Source: Nymphaea colorata
Lineage: Eukaryota
Direction of reading: 5' to 3'
NCBI RefSeq assembly: GCF_008831285.2
Contig: NC_045138.2
Span: 28,954,001 to 29,018,000, forward strand
Length of the DNA stretch: 64,000 nt
In this document: positions 1-13,531 of the stretch, in pieces
Layout: each line of letters begins with the position of its first letter
Position numbering within the stretch: position 1 is the stretch's first letter
Notes under the pieces: generated by a model
What the model was told of the DNA's origin: nothing
The model's database searches: none
What the model saw: the letters and a program-made list of their open reading frames with translations, nothing else
Program-made: the position numbers and the translations under genes

Positions 1-950
1 CAAGATATATAAAAATTTTCAAACACGTTGCCAAAGAAACAAACTGTAAATATATGTACCCTTCAAGCAATCGTGATGAAGACGGATGGTTGACGAACTC
101 TTCACTCTGAACAGAGAACTAAAAAGAAACGCATTCTTCAGTTTTTTGAGTCCCAAAGAGAAATTCAAACCAGAAACAGACTGAATTTGGCCAAAATATG
201 AAAACAATACTTTTTAAGGAATCGAGATACACATACTGGAAGGATGACGTCGGAGTCATCTTTCACAGGGCCATAGATCAACTAGGACGCTTAGGAGCAG
301 AATGAGACATAAAGATCTTAAGAGGGACCTGGAGGAAGGGGGAGGGGAATGAAATAGGGGAATACTATTTATGAATGTCTGGTTTCTACCTTTAGTTTTT
401 CAAGTAGAAATCCAAACTATCTAAGTTAGAATCATGCTGACTACTTTCTTTGATCTAAAATTATGAAGTCCGGCAAATTCTCCATTATTTTTTCCCTAAT
501 TAAACTTAAGAGACTGAGACTGACAAAACCGTAACCGCAACTCCTTTCTTTTAGGGTCACAAATTTTCTTCGACCAAAAACAAGAGTCGAACCAATGAGT
601 TTCTTCAAACTTAAAAAACACCACAACAATTTTTGTTCAATTTTTTCGTCAAAATTTCACAACATAACAACAAGATATGGACGACAAGCGACCAGACCCT
701 TTGCCGAACCCAGAAACAGATTATTAACTGGGATGGAAAAGCATTAACAGGAAGCATCTGAAAGAGGACCCCCAAACACCTCACTTAAAGCTAGGGACTC
801 AGGATCGGAGATCTTCAGCCAAGCGGGCCAAGACTTAGCCTAGCGAAGGAAACGGACAGGGTAAGAGAAGAATGGCAACGCAGAAACCAGAAACAACACA
901 GATCCTCAACCTAGAACCACCGATCCCTCTCACAACACCGAATCGATTAC

Positions 951-1340
951 CTTTTAGAAGCAAAACATAATCGAGATCGCTCCCTCGCCGGCTAACGCCT
1001 ACAGAGGGTCTTAGACTTTGATCACCAAGCTACGGGAGCCGGACTCTCGCTCATCCCGCGGAAGCTGGGCGTCCGTCGCCGGACAGAGGTTGGGAAAGTC
1101 GGTGAAATGAACGGAAACAGTAACAAGAGAAGAAGCAGCGCCTATGAGACGCATCGAGCGGCAGAAGACGTAACTCCGTGTCCCAGAGCTCTCTCCCGTT
1201 GCCCAGAGTAAAGGACGTTTCCTTCCTCCTGCCGATGGAGTTCCTCTTCTTCCTTCTTTCCCGAGACGCTTCCTCTGGCTCCTTTCAAGACTGAGTGAGA
1301 AATGAACGACCAGACTCTGCTGTAATGACAACACAGAGAC
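951..1340 (-). other. Probable 5'UTR first exon of a gene continuing beyond the left edge
   Basis: TATA-like TATATATAAGC on the minus strand at ~1356-1366, followed by a GC-rich CT/GA leader. It ends in a donor AAAAG|GTAATC (exon end 951), then T-rich intron-like sequence. No recognisable CDS in the window. Confidence 0.5.
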
Positions 1341-1899
1341 TATGGCGGGGAATTTGCTTATATATACGCAGCCCGGCGACGGTTGGGAGCCACTGCCTTG
1401 AGCTTACCCTTATCTGATCTCGAAATTTCCATCATGCCATCCCTAGCCCTTGGTCCAACAGCGATCACGTTGACACCACTCTGACACGAAACGGCCATGG
1501 CTTCATTGAATCCTGGTTTGATAAGGAGATGGTTTGGAAGTTTTAGTCGTAAATCTGTGGGATGGAATGTCTCACATTGATGTCCACTTGAATTCCGCAA
1601 AATCGACATCTTTAGACGGGTAAATTTATCACGGATAAGTTTTATAAAATATTTTATTTTAAATAAACTGTCCCCACAAAAAGTTGGGAACTTGGGGTGT
1701 GTTTAAAGTGAATTGGCAAAAATTCACCATGATTAATCGATGAAATAAAGATACCCTTAAAACATAATACATATTCTTATTTGATACGTTTGATGAGATC
1801 AATAGTATAATGGGTTCATAAACAGTGTTTGTATACACCAAGGGATGGTAGGTAACCATTTTTTGTTTTGGATGTCAATTTTTAGAAATGGTACCAAGG

Positions 1900-2099
1900 C
1901 AGTGGCGGAGCCAGCGTGGGGCAGGTGTGGGCGCCTGCCCACGCCAGCTCAAGAAAACTCCATATGAAATGGAGTCTCAACCCAACTTCACCCCTGTGTT
2001 GCCCACGCCAATATTTGCTTTATTTTTAAAATAACAGAAAATTTTTTCACAAACTATGTACTAGTGCCTCATAGCCAAAAATTTCTGGCTCCGCCACTG
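1900..2099. mobile_element. hAT-type MITE
   Basis: Perfect 15-bp TIR CAGTGGCGGAGCCAG / CTGGCTCCGCCACTG and perfect 8-bp TSD TACCAAGG (1892-1899 and 2100-2107). Confidence 0.9.
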
Positions 2100-2654
2100 T
2101 ACCAAGGTCGATGCTTTAAGGAGACCAAGTGTTGGGTGGGAGCTTAACTCTTATTTGACTAGTATATCGACTCTGACATGCTTTTCTTTAAACATGGGTT
2201 GAGCGAGACCTTCAGCTCTTATATGAATAGTATGATGAAATACTATCCACGCTCTTTTTTAAACATGGGACGACTCTTGTCTTTGTCTTAAATTACCATG
2301 GTAAAAAATTACTTTTCACATTGTTAAGAAACTTTTTCAAAGCATAGATTGATTATATATCATAGATTCATTGTATTATTTTATAAAATGATTCAATTTC
2401 AATTCTAACACAGACACCTTTCTTCGATAACTGATTTTTTTTTTTAATATTTAACTAGAAAAATTTTGTTTCTAGCATGCAACCGTTTGGGTCACACCCT
2501 TACATCTATGTAGTTCTCAATTGTTATAAACTTACGTACGTTCAACTCAAGTATATGATACAATATTCAAAATGCTAATCCCATCTTACCGCCTGGTTAC
2601 ACTAAGGCCTATGAGGGAAGACATGTGAGTGAGGAATGTTAAAAGAGGACGGGT

Positions 2655-3066
2655 ATAGGTCGGCTCGTGAACAAGTTCGAGCTAAGTCATTTGCTTAACG
2701 AGCCAAACTCGTGTTTATGAGTCAATTCGTTCAAATAATCAAGTTGATTATGAGCTCAACATGTAACTGTCGAGTCGAGTTCGAGCTTTAATCAAATCAA
2801 TATATTCAAACGAGTTTATGAGTTTGTCAGAGTTTTAGTCGAGTGGAGCTCGAGCTCAACACGTAACGATGAATATCAATTCTATTCAAACGAGTTTGTC
2901 GAGCCTTAATCGAGTCGAGCTCGAGCTCAACTCGTAACTGCTGAGTTGAGCTCGAGCTGCTTCCATCGAGCTATATCGAGTTCGAGTCGAGTCGAACTTG
3001 AGGTTTCATTAATCAAACCGAGAGCTGATTGAATTTGGACTCGACTCGACTCTACTCGTGTTCACT
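2655..3066 (+). mobile_element. Non-autonomous DNA element rich in (TC)GAGCTCGAG/CGAGTCGAG motifs, truncated copy
   Basis: Aligns by eye, in the same orientation, with 50360-50852. Shared blocks include CGTGAACAAGTTCGA..AAGTCATTTGCTTAAC and CACGTAACGATGAATATCAATTCTATTCAAACGAG. Confidence 0.7.
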
Positions 3067-5340
3067 ACGACAAACAAACGGCACATGAAAGTTGTCTCGG
3101 GATGAGAGGGCGGTGTGGTGGTGGTGGTGGAGAGAGGCAGTAGGTGGCAGGAGGCGAAAGGGAAGGCAAAGTTGGAGGGCGTTTTGGTCACGGGAGGAAA
3201 CGAGGGAAAAAAGCTGCGTGAATTGCAATGAAGGAGAGGGAGGAAGCGTGTGAAGCAGTGCGGGTCAGCGGAAGACAGAATTATGAGCGTTTGCATGCGC
3301 CCCGATTTCCCCCCACTCAACCCATTTCTTTATTATTGTTATTTCTTTCGTTTCTCCATCCCCATCCAACCTTCACATGCCATCATCCATCACGCCATGC
3401 CATCTCTGCCTAAATGGATCGATACCTGAACGACCGTGCCGACTTCGATCCGAATCTACTTGTTCGTGTTTGCGGGACCTTGCGATTAGCTCGTTCCGCA
3501 TTCCCGTGGCGTTGATCTCCATGTTCTTTTTCTAAATTTCGTAACAAGTTCAATGGGAAAAAAAATTTTACAAGTTCCAACAATATCAGTCAAGAACTAA
3601 TGGTTCTTTTCTTAATTATTTTTTCACTTATTATATTAATTTATGAATTTCAAAACAGAAGAAAAAAAGTTTTTTTTTTTTTTTTTTTTTTTTACTTATT
3701 ATATCAGCTAAACTGCATTCAGACGGAGAACCGAGAGACTTTGTTGTTCAATAAATGGTGTAAAATCTTACTCCTATGCTTGCTTTGGTTTATAGAAGGT
3801 TAATAGTCACAATAATAATGCTGAACTAAAATTTTTTATGAGGGGATTAAATTATAGTTTCAAAAAGTTGAGAGGAACTGAAATATCATTTCTAAATTTT
3901 TTTATATAAAATAAATAATTTTATTTAATTTACATGTACATTTTAAAAATTTATGTGGAAAGCCAAGACCCTACTAGCCCCTTGGCTCCACCCTTCATAA
4001 TAACCAAATCAACATATAAAAAATTATTTTTTAATATATGCACAAAATCTGTTGCTATAATGAAATATTTTTTTAGTCGGTGTGAGGCCTTCCCAGTCTT
4101 GCTCCAGTCAAGGTTGGTCGGGAGTCAATTTTTGCTCAAGTAAGTCCACTAAGGAGCCTCATTTTATGACTAACCCCAAGAATTAAGGGTGTTTTATTTT
4201 TAGTCTTAGGGTGCTTCATTTTCATAACTAGTTCTAAGAGGCTGACGCTCTTTCTCTTCTTGCGGCAGCTTTCCTTTGGGGTCAAGGTCTACTTTTGAAC
4301 TTAGGTGAGCAGATGGTTACTCCGTTCAACTCAAGAGTAATGTCTACCATTGTTGGTAATTTAGAAACAGAGCGGCCACTGAATCAAACTGGTGCACTAA
4401 CCCGACCGGCTACGTTATGCTCCTCGCAGAAGCCAAAGACGAGCTTGCATATATCAAAATTTTGTTTTGTACAAATATAAAACATAAAATAAAAGCTTGA
4501 AGAAGATCCAAGTATTTCATAATTTTGGAACAATATATAAAGGCTTAAAACGGCTCAATCAAAGTGAAAGTCTAAAAAGAATTTAGGAAATGATAGACAA
4601 AAACAAAATTACTGACGCCCTTTTTGCCCTAAATACCAAAATGTGGCCATGACCTCCCCCTTCTTTGCTACATATCTCAATTCTAGCTTTCCAAATATCA
4701 AGGTTTCTACCAATGGTAATCTCAATAGTTCAAAGTTCAAATCCGGATCTAAACTGAACTGGGATTGGTACAATATGCGAAACTAAGTTAATAAAAGGGA
4801 TTAGATGTAAACATGTAAATTAGATAATCCAAATTTAGATGCAAATTGTTCGAAAAATCAGCTCATTAGAGCTAATCGAGACCGAAACGGGTTTGATTCG
4901 GAGACGGGCGCTGCTGGTAACGGATCTCGGTATTGGAATCCAGATCCAGGGAAGGATCAGATTGCACTGGGCTATACAAAGTATTCCAAACTATTTGAAT
5001 ATAAAATTTAAAAACCATTGGGATCCATCGAGTAGGTCCCTTGTATAGCACATGTACTAAGGCAATGGACGCGGTTTTGGTTCACGGCGTGCAGACTGCA
5101 AAAGGAGCTCTGTCACGCCACTAAAACTGTAAGGACGTGTTTGGTTAGGATTTAGTGTCCAGGCTAAATTTGTCCTTGTAATCCCGCAAACGACACTACT
5201 TGTCTACTTTAGGATTATTACTTTTATCCCCATCTACCTTATTGATTTTGTTGGATCTGACCAGGTGCTTGATGAAAACCTGCCAACACCAACCTTGTTT
5301 GATCGAATGCATGGGCAGTTGTTTGTTCTCATCTACCAAG

Positions 5341-5343
<3 letters not shown>

Positions 5344-5372
<29 letters not shown>
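5344..5372. repeat. (TA)n microsatellite
   Basis: Direct reading of the sequence. Confidence 0.95.
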
Positions 5373-5376
<4 letters not shown>

Positions 5377-7423
5377 AAAGACAGTTGTTATTGAAGCATT
5401 AGCAATAGTTTGTGGCGCAGCAATGGTTTCATAATATGTTAGCAATTGTTTTTTAAATTTTAACCATCCAGTAACATCTAAAATGATCGCAATAATGTTA
5501 CTGATGTCAAGTTGGTGATCGCAATAGTGTTACTGAGGTCAAGTTGGTCCGGTCATCAGGTCGACGCGTTCACATTGGTTGCCCACTCTCGGCTGTCGGG
5601 CGCCAGGTGGGCTCGAGTGCTGGGACAGACTGGACATATGGACCTCTGCCTAGGTGTTATCACACAAAATGCCGCGCCTTGCTCGTCTCATTCAACACAG
5701 GCTTTGAGCTATGTTTGATGGAAAGTAACGTTACCTTCTTGAATACTGGCAAGCCCCTGCCGAGCTAAGCCCAAGGCTTCTTGTACTGAACTTGTTTGAG
5801 CAGCAAATGTTCCATGAGTTGGATCATTCACCCACGCTCCTTTTCTGTCGCCTTTTGGGGATGTGATGCAAGTCCTGCCACGGAGCTAAGATTTTTTTCT
5901 TCGGAGGTCCAAACCATAGTCTCTAAAGTTTTATAGGGGCCGAAATTTAGAATTTTTTAAAACAGTGATAAGTTTTTCCTTTTGGCGACGGTGGGTTTGT
6001 GTTTGTGTTCCTCTTTAACATATAGTTCCATGAATCTACTATCAATCAGCCAAACAATCAGGGAACTTGTTTTTAAAAAAGTAAGGACAGGTTATGCAAG
6101 CTAAAAATGACTAAGGAAATCTTGTCCCTGAATCTTTTAGAAAAAGTAGGGGAGCCAGATATGGTAGCCCCTCAACTTTTTTTTTTAATATATATATTTT
6201 CAAATTAATATCTTTAAATATTTACTATGTTATGTATACGATTGGCCCTTTTGATGTGAAAATTCCTTTCAAAAATTTTTTCTGCCACTGTCCAGGAGCG
6301 TCGATGATATAATGAGGCAGGTGTGGACAATTGCCACACGGACCCCAAGAAAGTTCTTACATTGATATTGATATTTCTAGGCAATTTTTCTTGTTCTTTA
6401 AAAATTTTAAATTCAATATCTAGTGCCCCTTCACAAGAATTTCCTGGATCTGCCCTTCATATGATGATTTCATGAATGAGGTGAGTACCTTTTCGTTTCC
6501 TGTAAAACCATGCAAATTTTCAAAGACTATATGGAAGAACAAAAATTGAAGAAAAATACAGGTCAATCGACATTACGCCCAAATAATACACGATTTAAAC
6601 ATCTATGATATGTTGGTAGAGTTCCTTTTTCTTTTGCATGATTCTTTCTTGTGAGAAAGCAACAAAAATATGCAGATTATCTCTTGCTATGATTTTACAA
6701 AGCTAAATCCGTATGCCTTTAAAGAATAAAAGAAAAGGTATGCTTGTCTTTCTTACGCATAAAAGAAGAAACATGATTTTTTTTTTCTTTGTCATATTTT
6801 AAGGAGGAAGGAGACACCAAAACGCATAGGATTCCACCAAGTTTTGAGTCAAACTGAAGACCTGTCAGTGGTTGATCATGTTTCATCAAACACCCACAAT
6901 CTCAAAATCCCATTGTCTTAATGTGGTAAAAAAAAATATTTGGTCATTTTCGAAGAGAAACAGTGTTGGTAATTCGTTTATTTACCATCCAATGATCATT
7001 TTTTGTCACTGTGATGGTGGTAGAAACAAAGCACGTATTTTCGGCACGGGCCTGCTGAGAAAATGGGCAGAACTTCCATTAAACATGATTCAAGCTATAC
7101 AAACATGGGATGGAGACAAAAAATTTTAAACTATGAAGAACTTTACCTTACGAGTATATAGACATGACCTACTCGATTTCTTTGGAAAATTTTCACCCTC
7201 TATTGCCCTGTGGGAAGGTAAAATTTTTCCAGTTTAGTGGGTACCCTGAATTTTTTTTTCCTGATAATCAAATGTCCCCCCAAAGCGATGCAACCAAGGT
7301 GATGATACCCATATTAGTACACCTTCATAATGTACAATTTAATAAGCTTGATTGAGTATGAAGACATACATTATGAAGGTGTAAAAGTGCATTGGACAAG
7401 GCGTTGTTCATGTTCCTTGCACC

Positions 7424-7636
7424 CAGGGGCTTGGTGCACCTGGGTGGGCCAGCGGCTGATACGCGGCGAGTCATTGGTTCAAGTTCTGTAGGTGCCAGCC
7501 TATTGCTCTTGCGAAGCGTGGAACCTAGGGTGGGGGAATAGTTAGCCTTGGGGTTTAAAACTCCTGAGTGATCAGCAATCAAGTCTCTCAACCCAGAAAT
7601 TCTACAGAGGAAAAGTTTGGATGTTTTTTTTTTTTT
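7424..7636 (+). mobile_element. Candidate tRNA-derived SINE
   Basis: A-box-like TGGTGCACCTGG (~7432-7443), B-box-like GGTTCAAGTTCT (~7477-7488) and a T-tail at ~7624-7636. No clean TSD seen. Confidence 0.4.
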
Positions 7637-9171
7637 GGGTCGCTTGGCAACTGAAACACTTTGTTCAGGTTTCATGTACCTGTGCTAAAGGTTAGTTTAG
7701 ATTTGTGAGCGTCTGGTTCTAATGTTCTATGAATTTGCTCCAATTTTTAAGATAGATTTATAGAATACTCACAAAGTATTCCAACTGTTAAGCAACTAAC
7801 TTAAACTTCATAATTCACTTTTGTGATGATCAAGAAGAAAAAAAATGATTCCATCTGTAATGTGATTTATCAAGAATCATTACAAATTCTTATGAAGCAA
7901 CAAATCTCTTTCAAGAAATGGTACTCCAAAGTAATGGATTTCCAAAAAAAAAAGAAAAAAAAAGCAACATAGTTCCCTCTACACACTTGGGTAGATATTT
8001 TGATCTTGTCTCTTTCGTGCAATTAGCAACAGACTAGTGGCGAAGCCAGAAATTTTTTGCCATAGGGCACTATTATAGAAATTCTCATTTATGAAGGGGC
8101 ACAACCTACATAAATAAATAAATAATTGGAAGAAATCTATGTAAAAATATGTAAAAAAATAAAAAATTTGTTGCTGGCGTGGGCAAGCCGACTGCTCGCA
8201 TTATGCATTGCGAATATTATAGACATCGAATGCCATGAAATGAGGAAGGAAAAAGAAGTACAAGTTTGGAATCATAACTTTTATAGAGAAAACAAACAAC
8301 ATAGACCGATGGACATGCAATTTTCTGAAAGCAAGCGAGGGAGGAGAGGACATTTACAGATCAGAAATATCCGAGTTCCACTCAAACGGCCCTACATTTA
8401 TGGGCAAAAAGATCGTTTTATATTTCCTTTTCATTGTGATACAGATTTGCACATGTTCAAGACGTCCATATCAAGAAATAAAATTACAACAGATTGGCAT
8501 CAATTTTAAGGACACGAAGGAAGGTATTATATACTCGGATCTACATTAGCTTTTCTATTTTGTGTAGATTCTAACAATTTGTTCGCATTGAATCAGCAAG
8601 CCTTAAAGGGCATAGTATAGCTGGTTGGGTTGGAGCCAATGAAAAAGAAGGTCTATTCCTACGAGTGTTATATCTTTGTGTTTAAGTGGCCAGTGTCTAG
8701 TACTTAAGTTGAATGATGCACCAGTGCCATCGCCTATGCTGATGCAACTTATCACCTTAGAGGTACGAGGAACGGAAAGCTGTAGATACATTGAAAAATG
8801 CAATGCTGCTACCAGTGATGCCGATGCAGCTCATGACCCGAAGTAGGGAGAATGGGAGGACCTTACAACTTTTCTCATTCTGAAAATTGTATATGCCTAT
8901 AGAAAATTGACAAGTTTTAAAACTTAATATTGGTCATAGATAAAGGCTGAAAACCACCAGATGAAGTGAAAAGTTGGTCATCCTTGAGGTATCGCTTATG
9001 TATGCCAAAAAGATGGAAACCTCCAAGAAGATGCACAACAAAGAGGTGGCAAGCGCTTGGAAAACAAATAAATGGATCAAAATAAGGCAAAATATACATG
9101 AGAGAAGCAAAAGGCGGACAGAGAAGACAACAATATGTAGGGTTCGGCCCATCAACAAAGGGAAAAAGGAC

Positions 9172-9176
<5 letters not shown>

Positions 9177-9211
<35 letters not shown>
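9177..9211. repeat. (TA)n microsatellite
   Basis: Direct reading of the sequence. Confidence 0.95.
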
Positions 9212-9214
<3 letters not shown>

Positions 9215-9737
9215 CATTTTGAAGTATCTGATATTTTGGTGAAAGGAATGAAGAAATGCAATAACTGTCTCAGCATGGACGATAAAAACGATCAGCGACA
9301 TTTTGATTGCATTTTACCATTACTGACGTTGAGAGATGTGGGTAAAGGGGAAAAAACGTGAGTAAAAGCTTCACTGATGTCTCTTCTAGCACAAAGGAAA
9401 ACATTGTGAAGGACATGGTTATGGTAATTTATTAGCCAAACAGGCACATGTAAGTGGCAATGGTAACTAAAAACACTAGAAATGCTCAAAAAAAAAAAAA
9501 TCACTGAAAGGTAAATCGGCCGTTAAAACATTTACTTTTATAAGACTACAATTTGGTTATTCAACCATCTAATCAAGGTCGTCCATTTAAAGTAGATGGA
9601 TGGTTGACAGAAAAACAAAGAGACAAAAGTGTGAACTACACCTTTTTCTTTGTTTTTCTCTTAACCGCCTATCATTATGTATCAAATGACCCTAATTAAA
9701 TTGGTCGAGCAACTTTAGAAAGTGAGCCACCATTCAA

Positions 9738-9738
<1 letters not shown>

Positions 9739-9832
<94 letters not shown>
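9739..9832. repeat. Compound (TC)n(TA)n microsatellite
   Basis: Direct reading of the sequence. Confidence 0.95.
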
Positions 9833-9835
<3 letters not shown>

Positions 9836-12800
9836 ATTTTCATTATGGTGGTTTATAGGCGCTTTAATCATTCATTCCAAGACCGGTGGAGTTGGTGATT
9901 AGATGATCATTGGCTTCATATGGTTCACATGGGGGAGTACTTGGGTGTCAATCCTTTTGGGTATTCCAATTAAGGCGAAAGAAGAAAAGAAAGAGTATGT
10001 ATGGAAATAAAGAGGATACATTGGGTTTTGGAGGTGATGCAAGAATGGTGTGGAAAGAAAAGTTCAAATTGGCAACCGGAGCTTAATGCTTTCCATGTTC
10101 ATAGAAGTTTGAACACATTAAAAGAATCATCGCCACTAAGATCTCATGCTTTCCATGTACCCGACATGCTTTACAACTTTGGGTTTCGCTTTTCGGTATA
10201 GATACAGCGCTCCTCTCCCCTTTTGTTTTCTTTAGTCCGTCCATGTTATATACATGCCCTCTTTTATCTTTTACATATTTAATCCAACTCTCTTTCTTCC
10301 TCCCTCTCTCTAGATTTGATTTGAGACCTGTAACTTTTGTTGTGCTTCACTTTGAAAATTTGAAGCTTATATCTAAAATTGTTAAGGAATTTAAAGAACT
10401 TATAAAAAAATTGTTAAATGGTTGGTTGTTTTTGGTTTCTACTCTTTTTCAAGTTGAAACTGAAATTTATAAGAAGCGGGTTAGAATCCCTCAAACCAAA
10501 GACCCAAGCCTGGTGAAAAAGTGAGCTAAATCGTTACACTAACATTGAAACCGATTCAGCACTTAGATATAATGTCTTACATGCGCGAACATGTGTACGA
10601 CTGTAATGTCTTACTTTAAAAGAGTAGTTTTATGTTTAAATCTATGGAGAACAGAGTTGTTATATAGTTGGTTGTGCTGGTTACTAACTTTTTTTTAAAT
10701 CAAAATCCAAGCTTCTAAAAAGTGAGTTGGGATCTGTGGCATGGTGGGTTGAGTCGTCACAACTGTTTTCTTTAAATCCATGTCAAAATTATTTGCATTT
10801 TTTTTCCTTGTAATCAACCAAGAAATATGGATATCATATTTCTCATAAAGGTTTCTTTTTAGAAGAAACGATACCACAATATTTAGATGAGTTTATCGTG
10901 TTGGATACATATGCAATTGACGGTGGAGTAAAAAACAGTGAGAATAAGTTGTGAATTACTACCTAAAATATATATATATTTTTCTAATTATTTATCTAAA
11001 CTAAATCAACGGTCAAGATTATCCTACACGGGTCGCCTGGCACCAACCCATTCTCATATTAAGTAGGTGTTAGAGCCGAAGAAATAATTAATGGCTATAA
11101 GGTTAAAGTTTTTCCAGAATCGTATAAAATTAACGCCACGATGTATTGTTTTCTCGCGGGTACCTATCCAGCGCCCATGGATTCGCCGTGAACTGTGGGC
11201 AGATTGGCCGCTTGTGCGAGGAGAGAAGTCCGGCGGGCGGGCCATGGGCCATAGTCGCTGGACACCAACCCGGCCAAGACTCCAACAGGAGCTGGTTAAA
11301 GGGCTTGGCTAAGGCCCAGTTCAAGCGCATCCAAAATTTGGGCCGGGCCCAGGCCAGCGCATCCCGCTCGCCCTAGAATAGTCACCTCATTTAATTCAGT
11401 TTGTGGGCACCCACAGAGATCGAACCACCAACCTTTTGCCTCACTGATGTGACCTGCCCCCAATGCGCCACACCTTTCGTTACGAACAAACAGTGTTTCC
11501 CCTGCCATTTGAAGGTTAACTCCAAACCTCTGGCCCAACGGATGCAGCTTTTGTTGGCTCCAAAAACATCTTTAAAAAACAATAATAAGAATTTTTCTTA
11601 CCTGAAATTCACCGGCCCAATTTCTTTTAATTCAGAAAAAAAAATGAAAATGACCTTTTTCGATGCCTAGATGTGCTCGTAAAGCTGTCATCTCAGAGTG
11701 GTGCAGAAGATTTTAAAGAAATAATGGAATAAGGGTGCAAGGTTGCAGCCATAACGCCAAATCCATAGAGCATCATGTGTCCCCTTGTCTCTTTTTTTCT
11801 CGCTCAATTCTTCTTCGTTTTGGGGTTCTCTCATTTTCTTTAACAAGGACAAGCGCTAGCGAGCCTTGATATATATCTCGAAGCAACTTGTCTTGTCTTG
11901 AAATGAAAATATAATTCTTCTTCTTTTGTTCATATTATTATGCGCTTTCTTGCGGCCAATAATTTCTCCTTTTTTTTTTTTCAGACTACGAAGAACAAGA
12001 TTTTTTTATGTGATAGAACGGCTCCCGTTCCCACCCGCTAATCACTTATTTTATTTGTAAATTTAACACGAGTCGCCGTAAAAAGAAATTTATAAAGGAC
12101 AGCAACAGTAAAAAAGGCCAATTCGTTGCTTTTCCCTAATGGTGCTTGTGCGGCCCCACGAAAAAGAAGAGCATTTTCCTCTGGATAAGCTAAGCCGTGA
12201 GATATTCTTTGTTTATTTGGGAAGGCGCATTTCTTCTGGCAATTATTTGCAAAAAGCATGCTTATCTCCAAAACGATGCTTTTTTTAAGGAGAAAACTAT
12301 TGTGTGTGCCAGCAGTGTCCTTTCACTTTGGTGATGCATATGACAACAAATATCAGCTTTTTGGAAAATAGAAATGATTATAAAAATGATCTTGTGCGTT
12401 CAAAAGTAAAAACTCACCAGCACTTTCTTGACTAAAAAAAACCCATTGCAGAAAGATTCTTCAAACACCCTTTTCCCAAAGAATGTTCCTGGGAATTCCC
12501 CCTCTTATTATTCTTGCAAAGGACAACATCACTTTATCTCTCTCTCTCTCTAAATCTCTCTTCTTCATGTTCAGCATGCTTGAGAAAAGAATACCCAGGG
12601 CACTTAATTGCCCCAGATTTAAAATTCTTAGAATTTGAGAACTATGGATTTAAGACCCTACCCTTTTCCATCCCATTGTAAATCTGACATTTTCTCAACG
12701 TACGTAAGTAAGATGATGATTTTAGCTATAAATATTATGCTGGATCTGAGACGCTTAGTTTGATAAACATTACATTTTACCATGAACCTTTAATCACATA

Positions 12801-13461
12801 AAAGAAAAACATGTTAGATCGGATTTTGACTCTAAAGTAATCAAACACTCCCTTAATAATAATAAATGTTTTGTATAATTTCATTTTCCTGACAATCGAT
12901 ACCAAATTGAAATGGTGACAAATCTGTCTATTCAGCTTCCGGTGGATGCAAAGTTTTTTCGTTTTCTTATACGTTTTTTGAAAAGATAAATGCAACAATA
13001 TGTCTTGTCGATATCAATTGAATCGACTGCTTGGCCGTTTCGATTCTTTTTCCTATTTTTCAGGACGTGTGTAACATGTGATTGTTTTTTCCTGGTGCGA
13101 TACCACCAACATCACGAACCAAACGATCCAAATCTATATCATTCTGCTAGGTAAGGCCGTAAGTTTTTGGTAGACAAATGTCTCAGAAAGCTGGGACTTC
13201 AATGGATCCAATAAAATTATGAATCTTCTCAGTTTTTAATTGAGTAAATTAGAAGTTTTACATCAATTGGATTGAACGAAAAATCTTGGATCTCTTGCTA
13301 TCGAGTTATGATATGAGATTTTATCCGATAACATCCGGTAGCCGGCTGATTTTCTATCATACTGCAGGTGTTTTATGCCTTAAATACTTTGAAATGCACA
13401 TGTAGTTAGATCATACTTTTACAAGTGTCTAAAAACGTTAAGAACATTGATCGTTAAACCC

Positions 13462-13531
13462 AATGTTATAAATATCGGTTTTCACCTTGTACGCCAAATG
13501 TTATAAATATCGGATTTCACCTTGTACGCCA
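13462..13531. repeat. 35-bp tandem duplication (2 copies)
   Basis: AATGTTATAAATATCGG(T/A)TTTCACCTTGTACGCCA at 13462 and 13497, with one mismatch. Confidence 0.9.

Noticed and set aside
8950..9060. Imperfect hairpin with weak resemblance to a MIRNA precursor (miR2111-like words)
   Set aside because: The stem is short and bulged and has no exact match to a conserved mature miRNA that I know. It would need RNAfold and small-RNA reads.
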